Shown: positions 38,534 through 51,200 of the stretch, one piece after another | How positions within the stretch are numbered: the first letter of the stretch is position 1 | How the letters are laid out: each line of letters starts with the position of its first letter | Assembly: GCF_008831285.2 (NCBI RefSeq) | Contig: NC_045138.2 | Coordinates: 37,882,001-37,946,000, forward strand | Direction of reading: 5' to 3' | DNA: 64,000 nucleotides | Source of the DNA: Nymphaea colorata | Lineage: Eukaryota | Notes under the pieces: model-generated | Database searches by the model: none | What the model saw: the letters and a program-made list of their open reading frames with translations, nothing else | What the model was told of the DNA's origin: nothing | Position numbers and translations under genes: made by a program

Positions 38534-41500
38534 CGAAAAATGCTGTGCGCCTACCTCTTCCAAGAAACCAAAAGCAATTTATGCTCTCAATTTGGACAAT
38601 TATTGGTAGAAATATAAGGACATATATAAAGCCGGACTTGGTAGTCCCACCCACACCTACCAACATCGTGGTGTTTTCATAATAGGACAAATTGTATTAT
38701 TGATCATCCCGAACACATGGTCGGTGTGCGTCGGAAACTTAGGAAAACGTGTTCGGCTTTGTGGACATCTTATCGTATGGTGTACAAGAGTTCCCCTTCT
38801 TGATAAAATATTCATAACAAGCAAGCTGGCAAGTGATGTGGCGTCCCGTTCTGCCCAGTATCGTGTGGACGATGTTGATCGTGGAAAAGAAAATCCGGGA
38901 TTGAATCGGAAGCTAGCACTTTGGACTCACACGTTGAGGTTTCTACCATATCACGAGCAAGGCGTAGGAAGATATTAGGACATGATGTGAGAAATTTCTG
39001 GATGGCAAATAGTGGAAAAGTAAATCCAACGATTTTGTGTCGAGTGTGGGGAAAACCGACAGAAAATGATTCCGAATTGTTCGCGAGATTTCGGCCCCTT
39101 CCGGAAGCTACGGTCACGTGATTGGAAGAAGAAGGAATATTATCCAGGAGAAAAGCACCTTTCCTCAATTGAGCGAGGAGTGAGTTGTCCAACCTTATGG
39201 TTTTAATAAATGGATCGGACCTTTAGGAGTATGGAGCTTGTAAGGGCATTTATGTAATTTTGTTTATTCTTCAAACTGTCTGTGATAATGAAAAAAAAAA
39301 AAAAAAAACTGTATGTGACCATAAAAATAGGAGCACTTTGTTTTTAAACCAATTAAAATTCTCGTATGTTCTTTTTTTTTCTTTTACGTTTTCTTATCTT
39401 GGTGTTGTAAGTGAGACCTCATCCCTAACAAGTTAGACATCTAATTTGAACCTTTTGTATCAGATTAGATTCAGAGACAGAGTCATATGGTGGCTGGTGT
39501 GGACAAAATTTCTGTATTTTAAATGAGAATTTTTAAACATTTATCCATACATATATATAAGTGTCTCATCAGATATGACTATTTTTAAACAAGTGCCCTT
39601 TCTAACAATTTTCGCCATTGATTGGATTTGAGGCACTCAATGATCCTACATGGATATAGTTACAAGATTTTTTTTCACCCATGAGCATCAAAATTGGACT
39701 TTTTTACCATGAACTATTAGACATGAAAAAAAAAGTACAAAGACAACTTGAAAAAGAGAAATCAACCAGTAAGTCAACCCTTTTTTTCCTTGATAAAAGA
39801 CAAAAAGCAGATAAAGAGTTCATATCTACATCTGCATCAGGTGGTACAACTAGGAATTTTTGGCTAAAGAGCACTAACCATTGGTCGGAGAAAAACTCAC
39901 TAATAGATAGATTGCTCTCGCTAAAGGTAGAATCAAGAGACTCATAATCGAATCATGATCAAATGAAAAGCATAGGCTACAAACCCGAGTCCAATAGAGG
40001 CACCTCATACGACTGCACCTAGGTTCAGCCTCATTAGCAGTTTAGAATCTCTAGGCCTACATGTAGTTCCACTACTTGTTGACATCCGTATAGTAAGGCG
40101 CCTCAGTAATGACCGAACGCTATTACAAACCATAAGAGAGCACTTGGTCACATGAATATAATTATCAGTGTTTCATGAATCTACTCTAATCTTGATGTCA
40201 GATATGCATATTAAAATAAATTCATAAACTAAAGTTAGTTAGTGCAATGCAGTAACTCTAAACCAATAAAATCAAAAGGTAAGAACTCTATCCATTAAAC
40301 TACTCTAACTAAACAAACCAGGCTACCATTTACCTTTTGGTTTTTTCAAAAAGATTGTAGAACACAAGGTACGAAAGAAATGGACCCCAAAAGCCACCAT
40401 CTGCTTCACCTTGAAAGTCACGACTTTAATGTCCAATAATAAACAAAGCTCCCATTGCCATGATTAAACACCCCATGAAACTTTTCGTAAAGAAATGGAA
40501 TTGGGCAACTTGCTTTCGAGTTCATAGATCATCTCTTTCTTGCTGTAATCGCTTTAGGTTGACAGCATGACTGATGCATTGTCTAACCAAACATGATCCA
40601 TCGACTTTGGGACAAGTTTCTTTTTTCAATATTTTTTGTTGGAAGATCGACTTCAATTATAATTTTGAAACTTTAAAATTTTTCAATATGAACCATTATG
40701 TTTTAGGTTCTTCCTTTTTCTTAAAAAAAAAAACTTGCTGAAGTTTAGATTTGTTTTATTTAACTAATAATTTTCTGTGTAATTTATTGGTTAATTGAAA
40801 TAAGTCGAAACAGAAGCATTGTTTTATTATTTCAGCAAACCTAAGCTGCGTTTAAAATTTTCAATCAAACATTTTTTTCAATCAAATTTTATAAACCATC
40901 TTATAGTTTTACTAAAAACTTGATCGGGTTAACCAAGTGGGCTTGGCAAACCGAGCCATAAGCAGCCTACTTATTAAAATATTCCTCTTGTTTACATAAA
41001 AAAGATAATATTATAAAAAAATTAAAAGAATAAGAAAGAGAAAGAGGAAGTGAAAAATCTGCTCATATAAAATAACACCCCGGAACTACTCACAATAGAA
41101 CATAGTGGCACGTGTAAATGACGCCAATAAAACCTATAATAATTATACATCTTCTAATTTAACAGTCAATAATCAATCATCAATTATGAGTAGAATTTTT
41201 TACCTTGTTTGAACTAAAAAGAACACGAAAAGACATACGTCTGTGGCATAAGTCGCGTGTACAAATGCCACCTCACTTGCCAACAGATAAATAAATGTTC
41301 TGATCAAGGTTCTCTCAGGTAAACAAAAGAGATTTCAAGTTACCCAAGTTTAAAAGAAATGAAATAGGAATAGAGCTTGTAAAATACAAAGAATTACCCA
41401 GCCATGCAATGAGGATAATGTACGATCAAGAAAAAAACAATGAGAAAAAAAGTGATAAACAAACATTTTAGTCATTTACTATTAATTGATATATATTTTC

Positions 41501-42618
41501 TTTTTGTTTTCTTTTTCAATCATCCATTTACTTAAAGATGGGCAGCCCTGATTCAGTGACTACATGACTCTAGATAACCAAACTCATCATTCATTCACTC
41601 CGTAAAATGTATTCGATCCATAAACTGTATTTTACATATCACATTTTTAGTGGTCGTCTCAAATTACTGTTTAATAGATTAGATGTGATTTAGAATCTAG
41701 ATGGTTTCAGACCTAAAATATTAAATCCAAAACTTGTTCATTCTGATGCTTATATGAGCACCAAGTATTCATCAACCCTAAATTTCGATCTTGAAATGAA
41801 ACTTATATACTTTAAGAAATCAATTCCACTTGGGTTCTTCGAATTTGGGCCAAGCGACAAAACCTAAGCCCATGTGTTGCATCTCACTAGACTACAATTT
41901 TAAACAGTCCGTCCACAAATTATAGTTCATGTCGGTACCTGCTGAAGACAGAAGAACAAGCATTTCATTGGGAAAAGCACATAATGGAGTGAGTGTCTTG
42001 TGGCGCATATGAAGGCAGCATCCGCCATCATGTGATCCAGATGGATCAATGTTATAAGTAGGAACGTGATTGTTTTGGATAAGGTCTGATCATTGACATG
42101 AAATTGGATCCAAAGCCAGAGTTCAGACTCGACTTCGGCGTTTACAGTTCGGGGCTCAAAATTTGATCTGAGTTCGCATTTCAATAAAAATCTAACCCAA
42201 TTAAGATTATACGAACATCAGATCTCGCCTCCGGCAGGTTCAATTTATTTTCAAATCTGAATCTGAAGTGGATCCTACTCTACTCTGATTAAGGATGACC
42301 CGATTGAATTGGATATAGCAAATATTGGATCCAGCCGGAATCCAAACCATTCGCATCTCACCTTCAACCCTTCTTATTTCAGTCACGGTGCCGGAAAGAG
42401 GCCCACAGAAGTTTTTTTGCGTGTTGGAACCTGCTGACGACAAAGATGCGTCGATCCCATATCCAGTTCTCCATAAAGAATCCTAGTATATGTTTCTACC
42501 TTATCCAGAAAATATATAATATACAATTTTTTTTGCTACGCGGATGTGCATTAATGGATGTATTCGGATTTTTTTATTACCGTATATATATATATATGAG
42601 CTCTAAGCTAAAAGTAAG

Positions 42619-42760
42619 AAGATTCTTATTATTGCATCCTCAAATATCAGTAATATTTGAATAAGTCCAAGCCTCCTAATTGTATATATGAGCTCAAGAT
42701 TCTTATTATTGCATCCTCAAATGTCAGTAATATTTGAATAAGTCCAAGCCTCCTAATTGT
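42619..42760. repeat. Tandem duplication with a period of about 77 bp
   Basis: aagattcttattattgcatcctcaaat(a/g)tcagtaatatttgaataagtccaagcctcctaattgt is present twice. Confidence 0.92.
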
Positions 42761-43412
42761 GTATGGTCTTATTAGAGGTCATTTGAATATAATGAGTGTT
42801 CTTGGAAAACATATTCATGAAGGCATGTTTTAAGAACATTGTGGAGGTTTGATCGCTTGGTGCACCTCAAGAACGTTGCGTTCATGTTTCTATGAAAAAC
42901 TAAAAAAAAAAAATTAATCACATAAAAGTTTTTGAATCTTATGCTCGTCGGATTTGAGTTTCGTTTGAAAAAAAAAAGGGGTCCAAATTCAAGTCTCGGA
43001 CCAATTACATAGAATCCATAAATCAAACCAAGTAAAAGGTAGACCAACATCAAATTTAAAGTATTTACATCACTCATTCGGGTCCCAGATCCTTCGCTTT
43101 TTGTTGTCTGATGCTAATTAAATGGGGAAAATGACTTGTTAATGTCGAAGTTTTGTTTCCATGTACTAACACTTCAGCTGTTTTTCTTGGATCATCTGCT
43201 CCCTCCCCAAAGGAGAGGGGACCTTCTGGAGCTCATGGATTCTGCCAATATCTGTGGGTTTTGAATCAGGGGACCCACTGTGATCCATAATTACACCAAA
43301 CAGTGGGTTTCATCATACCATGGACTTATAATACATCAGCCACATGTTTCCTCCAAAATCCACTGGTTTTATGCTTGGAACTCCAGTTTGTGGGCACAGT
43401 AAATTTGAATAC

Positions 43413-43416
<4 letters not shown>

Positions 43417-43480
<64 letters not shown>
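43417..43480. repeat. Compound (TA)n(GA)n microsatellite
   Basis: TA run directly followed by a GA run. A similar compound repeat lies at about 60208-60281. Confidence 0.95.
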
Positions 43481-43484
<4 letters not shown>

Positions 43485-46400
43485 GTTGAAGAAACCAAAC
43501 AAAAGAAATTCAAAGTTGGCTCAACTTTTTTGGGAAACCAAGTCAATCAGGAAGCGGTACCAACTCTTCTTTTAAGTTCACACAATATCCTTATGAGCGG
43601 AGTATGAGCAGAGCCGTGATGGGCTTCCCTTGTTCCTAACTCATAAATACGATGGACCAAAATGTGATTGGTTTCACCACATGATGATGCTCAACTCCAA
43701 GTTATTTCTTCATTTATTTCATTGATTTCAACTTAATCCGTCGTGATGGGACAGGTTCACCACCATCAGTTATGTGGCACCATATCTATGTGGATCTGAG
43801 ACCAATATCAATCTGGCTCACATGTTGCTAGGCAGATGCGCAACAGCACGTTCCATGGCAGAAAATAGCTGCAGCGATAACACCGTGCACCTTCCAAGAA
43901 TCTATCTGTTTCAGCTTATTCGAAGGATTGAGCAGTATGGCAGCCATTTTTTTTTGTCAGCATCTACGTCAAAAGTGAATTCATCTGCAAAAAGGTGAAC
44001 AACCTAGCTGTATAGGTCGCTTCAAATTAGGGTGTATTATTAAAATTAAATAAATCCAACTGATTAAAGAATACTTAAAAGTCAATCATGCATTAAGATT
44101 TGTATCGGTTTGTCCTGTTTTGTAGGTGAGGGGATATCCCACCATCCGACGGAAGGCCGAAGCCTTCACCCAACCCCTTATTCTTTGTCTGCTTCTAATG
44201 CCTCGAGGTATTGTCCCGCTATGCTTCAACTTGTTGGAGTGTAGAGCATGATCCGTTTTTAATAGGCTTCAACTAATTTTCATAAATTTTTTGTAAGGGC
44301 ATCTATGTGGTACAATGATTTGGACGTAGGAAAACTCTGTCTTTGAAACACCTAAATTTGTGTGCCTTCTTCTTTCTCTTCTTCAGTGTTTGTCCCTTGT
44401 TATGTTAAAAGAGAAAGTGAAAGAGTCTCGTTCCTAATACAACTTGCATGTCAGTGACCTTCTATTTGCAATACAAAGAGTTTGGCATCCCAAGGATTTG
44501 AAATGGAAACTGGTCACCTGCCAGCCCCTACTCGAACATGCTACGCCAACCCCTTGGGGATGGCTTCTCCTGCTTTGGCAAGAGGCCAAAATGACATGCA
44601 AGGAGGATACAGACCGATACGAAGTGACATTGAAAAGAATCATTGATATCAAGACTAAGATTTGATCTATTCAACCTAGACACCCTTCACATTCATTTTT
44701 GGGTTAGTGTAATGTAGATATAAACATTGACAAATAGTTATCGATACAACGACAAATTTCAGTAGCTTCGACCGAGTTTCGTCCTAACGGAGAAACCATT
44801 TTCTTGACACGGTCAAGGCTTGATTGTTCTAGTGCAATCTTCCAGTGATTTGGTTTTATTACGTTGGATTGAGTTTTATATTGGCATGCAATAGTAAGAT
44901 CTTGTAGTTATCACAAGCTCTTAGGAAAACTTCAGTTTCAGTGGCTGAATGTTAAAATGAAAGTGATTTAGATTCATTAGTTATTAGTTATTCCCTTTGT
45001 TTACCCCTATCTTCCCTGAGGACATGGTGGTATTCAAGCCTGGGCAAGTAGAGTATCACTTACCTCACTGATGAACTGTAAGGCACTACTAGGATAACTC
45101 TCGATTGCGCCAAATCAGGCAGCCCATAAAATCGTTTAAATGAAGAATATTCCCGTTCTCTCTCTACTCATCCACGACTGGCTGAATATCATGTTGAGAG
45201 CACAGCAGATGGAATCTTGCGAAGTTTTCTACTGTTTCTGATAAAGCTCGAGATGAGTTTTCCTTTTTTATTTGACTCATAATAAAACAGGACCTGACAC
45301 GAAAGGTTCTGCCGCTTGCTCAGCAACAGAAAACCTCGCGTAGTACCAAATTTTTAAGTCTTATGCTTGTTAGGCTTAGGCTTATGGTACACTAAGAAGA
45401 CAATGTCCGTCCCATCTGGCTTGGCCATGTGATCAACTTCAAGAAATTATCCGCTTGCGTGTTGGTTCCTTCAACCATTTACTGTGTATTTGAAGGTTCT
45501 AAAATTGAATTGCTGTATAATAATGCCCCCGCGCCCCACCCCCTACATTTTTGGCTCCAACGCTAGATTACAACACCTGTATCTTCTCTCTCTCTCTCTC
45601 TCTCTCAACAACTACCTAATCGTCCTGGTCTCCGCCCGCCTGTTTGCTGCTATTCTTTGCATGCTTTACTTTCTGCCCTTCCTTCCTTCCCCATGCCACT
45701 GTTGCCCCCTCAAGCTTCCTCTCTCGCCCCTCAGCTGCTCTGGGGCTTCACCTTGTGCTCCTGCCATTGCAGCTTTTAGCATTGTTGTCCGCTGGCTCAT
45801 GCGCTCTGTCGCTTGGTTTCCTGGTCCTCTTCCGATGCTTGCACTTTTCCTTTGCTCCTGCTTGCTGGGCACATCGACACCTCCAACCACCTGCTCTTCT
45901 CAAGAAGCATATTGTACCTTGTTGTGCTAAGGACACCTGAAAAGATAGTTCGATTTCTATAAGCCAAATGTCTCTGCATCTTAAGCGGAAGCGGTAAGAT
46001 GCAGTACTTAGTTTGAAAATTGCCATCGCTGGAACCAATCCAACACATGACCCCAAAGGATCGCCTCTAATGTTCCCTCCACTGCTCACCCCTTCAGTTA
46101 CTCCTTTTCGGCCCCTTGATATTGGTTCATTTGTTCATGCTGGCAAATTTGGCACAACAATCATGTTTTCAGAGAATCATACAGCTGCATCGCTTCTACC
46201 TCCTTTAGGGTGTAGCCCGATGTTCGGCTAGACCTTCGTCCTTGTCATCGCTCTCTCATCCCCTCCCCCCTCTTCTTCCCCCCCTTCTTTTCGCTTTTTG
46301 CTTTGTTGTCTTGTTTTATCGTGCTCATTTTTTGTATCTTTGCGACTTCTTTTCACCCCTTTTATCGGCGGCTTCTCCCTCTCTTCAGACGCTACATGGA

Positions 46401-46828
46401 TCGTGCGCCAGCATGCGAATTTGGAAAGCTAGCAGCAGCAGACTAGACAGGGACTCCTGAATCGAACGAAGCAATCACCATTCTATTACTCACGCACACC
46501 ATCCGCTTGCCATTCTTTACATAACGCAATCTATGGACATTTTCTCTACATCTTCCCTTCATGATCAGCCTCTCGGTACAACTTCAAATGCCTCTGCAGA
46601 TACACCCGATTCCGACCGCCTAAACCGGCGGGAAATTTTTACACCTATATTTATACCACTCGCCACCAAGGCGCAGATGCCATAACGGCGTTAAGTTGTT
46701 CCATCTGGTGGCGAAATATTCAAATCCAACTTGGCGACTGACCTTCGCTTCCCACAAGAGATCAACTCGGCCGCGGATTTCACAACCTGAAACATCTATG
46801 CAGTTGCAGCATCTTGACCCGCATTCAA

Positions 46829-48215
46829 TCAGACCATCTCAAGAATTTTGATGTTTCCCGTGGAGTTTGTAGCTACCAACGTTGAAGACTGCCCTCTCCA
46901 ACATACACACGATACAAATTGAGACGCATCATCAAGTTCCGAACCCGTCATGGGGTCTGTGGTGCTGAATTTGTAAGATAATACCGGCATTGAGAAGGCC
47001 TTGTAATAGATGAAAACCTGCGAGATGGAAAATTTTAACAGGCAGTCGCTACCAAAGAATATGCTTCTAGTACATAGGTCCGTGTACTTGCCTGTAAATT
47101 GATCGTCAAAGATGTTGCAAAAATCTGTATATTTTAACGGCTAAAACGTGTATATTTTACACATCTTAGAGTAGTAAATGGTTCATAACCAAAGAAGCGA
47201 GAAAAAAGAGCTAACTTACCCCATCCTCTTATACAAAATTGGAAGGTATATCTACGAGATCCTTTAAGTCGAGCTGCTTTTCCTAATTAACTAAGGGTGC
47301 GTTTGTGATCTAAGATTTAAGGTCGGAACCAAACCCCCGAACTATAGTTTTCAAATTTTGAACAGGACTGAAATAGAAATTTTCAAATTTTTTATATAGG
47401 TTAAACTTAAATTTTTAAATTATATATATATATATAATTTTAAATTTTCAAAAATCTGAGAGGGGGCCATGGCCCCTGCTGGGCCCCCTGGATCTAGCAA
47501 CTTATACTCTTAATAATGACAGGAATATCACTATATCAGATCAATAAACTTCAGCATAACACGGAGATAGTGACAATGCATAACAATACTAGCATTTTCG
47601 AGTCCAGTAATTAGAATAAGTATAATATAAATTCCTTAACAAGAATCCATAGGAGGGCAAATGCCATTAGTCCTGGTAATCCCAGCTCCAATAGTAAATA
47701 ATTGAGCTTGTAGTCGATACTTCTTTTGGGACCGAGTTTGGGCTGGACCGACCGGTGCAAAAAAAATTTCCACCACAAGTACAACAACTTAACATACGAT
47801 ATTGGAGGTGGAATTACCATGGCTGCTGGTGCCAGACTTAACCTCCAATGGCTTCACATTAAGTGGTTTAGATTGCACGCATTCAAATTATCAGACTCCA
47901 AGAGCCTGGTATTATTTGTATTATCACTACCTCCGCGTGCTAGATCTTCATCTGATAACACATAGTTGAGTCCATAATCTAGTTTCAAGAATATATCGTA
48001 TTGATTTCCCTATACTTATAGTACGTACTATAAAATATCTTATGATGAGTTATGATACTTCAGACAGAGAACTCCTAACTAGGGCTGGGAATCGGCCAGC
48101 CTAACCGGATACGAAGGACTTGGGCTGGCCTGCAGAATGTGCCTGTGGCCTGGGCCCAACCAACAAGGAACAAGCCTGAAACCTGCTTGACCTGGCCTGA
48201 TTATGATAAATAAAT

Positions 48216-48266
<51 letters not shown>

Positions 48267-51200
48267 GCCAAGTTGGGACATTGGTACCCAGCCCAAAATG
48301 TTATCGTGCTGGCCGAGGCCTGGACCATGCCCAGCCCCGTCTCCGACCAGGTACAGAAGAGCCCGTTGGTTACCCCTAGTTTTACTCCTTTAAGTTCAAA
48401 AAGAATATATATCTCTAATGTTCTCTAAAAGCTTTTGAGAGTGTTTGCTGCTTTCTAAAAAGAATCTTAAACAATGTTAAAAAGGATATCAGATAACAAC
48501 TCTATATCAATAAAAATAAATAAATAGACCAATTGTTTGTCCACGGGTGCCCCTTGTCCATCTTAAAAAATATGTCTCACACCATTCATGTCCTACACAA
48601 ATACAGGCACTGGATTATATGGTCATACATGTTTTTTGATTTTGCAATCTTGCTGCAGATATGATCTTATAATTGGTTTAGCAAAACAAAAATGTACAAG
48701 TAGGCAACGATTTTTTAAGTGTCACAATAGCAATTTAGAAACATGAAAATTTGAATTTGAATGCTTTATTCCCCTGATGCAAAACTAGGATCAACGCTTA
48801 GACACTTTTAGGCTCAGATGCCACAGATTTATCATTCGCGCTGCTTTCAGCAAAGCCAAAAACCTAAACGCACAAAAAGGACCTTCTATCCAATACTCGT
48901 AATAACATTTGGAAGCAGAAAACACATTATCAGAGACATATTGTTTAGTCAAAGCATGTACCTCGTTTGTCTCTGATCCAGTAGCAATGTAACCATCAGA
49001 AACCGATAATCCAACAAAATTCTGGAGAAAAGACATAAACTAGTTCAGCCAAACACAACGGGGATACAACTAGAAAATAAAAAAGTATGAGATGTCACTT
49101 AAACAAAATTAGCATATTCCAAATATCAAGATAAATATGCTAAGAAACTAATGAAAATGAAGACAAAATATCCTGATATTTGAAAATATAGCCAAATGAA
49201 CCATTGTAACAACATATTGATAATTTTGAAAGAATTTTCAAAAAATATTTCTTGATATATTCAAACAATTTTGGTTTATCATTTTAATAATATCTTGAAT
49301 TCTCGTTTACTTTTATAAGGAAAACAGAAAAAAAAAGTCCATAATTTCATCATTTTCCTTATTATTTATACATCTTTAAATTTTCCAAATCAAGCAAACC
49401 GTTTGATTAATGCCCAAGAAAAACCTTGGAAACTAACACCCAAGAACTGTATTTGTGAGTTGCGACTATACATGGGACATATATGATATATCCTAGAACA
49501 AACTTATGTGAAGCACCATTTATGTAATGAGTATACTGAATCATATGCATTCATTCACAAAACCAGGAATAGATCTGTCCCCATTGCTGTAAAAGACACA
49601 TGTACAGCCCAGTACATATCATACCATCCTCTTGACGATACGGTAGAGGGCTAAATACAGGTTCATATATTTTTATATTTTTTAAATCAATTTAAAACTT
49701 CTTAAATTATTTTTAGGTTCAAAAAATATAAATATAGGTCCATAACGGCTGATGTGCTGTACTGGTGAGCAAACTGATATGGCGACAATAGCATTATTCA
49801 AGACACCATCTCTCTTCTCTCAACCTACCTGTTCAAAATAAACTTGGGTTCAACATTAACTATTCTCTCAAGTCTCAATAACTACTTTGTTAATAATACT
49901 TTTAATATACTTTCTGGTTTCTAAATTTGTAAAACTATAATGCACTAGAGGAATTAATGGTGTTTAATACAGATTTAAATAAGAACAAGTCTTAGGCAAA
50001 CTAGGACTTTCAGTATCTACCATTATTTCCAAGAAAAAAAAAACAATAAGAGTCAGTGGATAAGTACTGGTGCAGAAAGAAGAAGAATTAATTAAATCTA
50101 ACAGTAAAACAGGCTCAAGCAGCCATTACAGTGGTATACTCAGTCCACCAATGAAAAAGATGAGAATAGCAAATGAATACTTCTAAATATAATTGTTAAA
50201 AAGAAAACTTCCAAAAGAAGTTCCAGAACTAGATATCATTTCCATTCAAGATTTCATTTTCATGCTTTTCCACAGAATACAAACCTTTGTGTTGACGTTA
50301 GAAGACAATCGACTAGGCAAACCTTAATACAATGCTTCAAAAATTTGATACTTGGAGAATGCCATGTTTGGAGATGCACTATTAAAAATTGTTGATATAA
50401 AGCAATCACGTAATCAGACATACAACCTTCAGGTTTGTGTGGCCAGTGAATGTCCGAATAGGACTATCCAGCAGCTTTGATGAGCTTGAAGATAAATCCC
50501 ATAGCTTAAGGGTGTTATCAGTTGATGCTGACACAAGGGTTGTTGGATCTATGAATTTGATGTAACTGACGGTCTTTGTGTGACTCGTTAATGTGCACCA
50601 AGGTGCTCTTGTGTTTCTGAGATCATAGATATAGATCTTATGATCTGCTGACCCCATTGCAATTGTGCGTGCAGAATCAGGAGGAAACTGAACACAGCAC
50701 ACATTAGCCTTCGTTCTAATTGTGCCAATGCTTCCACCCTGCAACAACCCCACACGTAAGAGAAATAACTAATCAAATTTCTATGACAAAATGGCATTGT
50801 AACAGTAATTTACATGACTGTAGTACGCTTAGTTTCAAAGCTGATATCCACCAAGTGCAAGAATAGAATTGCCTGATTGATATTCCAGAGCTTAACAGCA
50901 CCATCATCACTTCCGCTAGCCAACCTTGTAGGATCTGCTTGTGAAAAGTCAACAGACCAAACACGTCTCTCATGCTCCCTCAAGTCCACGAAGGCCTCAC
51001 CTCTTGTAGCATCCCAAACCTAAATCGGGATAAGAAAAAAGAAAATTTATTCAATATTCAAGAATGAAACCACTTAATTGCAGTCAACTAAGAGAAAAAC
51101 CAACATACCTGCACAACTCCTTCAAAGTCACTGGAGGCTATTTGATTTTTTATGTAACTATTCCAGCAAATGCTGCTAAGCTTGGAACTACTAGTCATTT

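Noticed and set aside
45027..45041. tggtattcaagcc resembling a tRNA-Met primer-binding site
   Set aside because: The match is imperfect, and I found no paired LTRs or gag/pol coding remnants.
45484..46460. Several ORFs of 70-150 aa in a pyrimidine-rich tract
   Set aside because: Low-complexity Leu/Pro/Ser-rich translations with no recognisable domain or consistent exon structure.
47557..47943. Functional rRNA gene or contaminating rDNA
   Set aside because: The fragments are short, heavily mutated, inverted and embedded in a consistent intron. They are reported as pseudogene arms instead.
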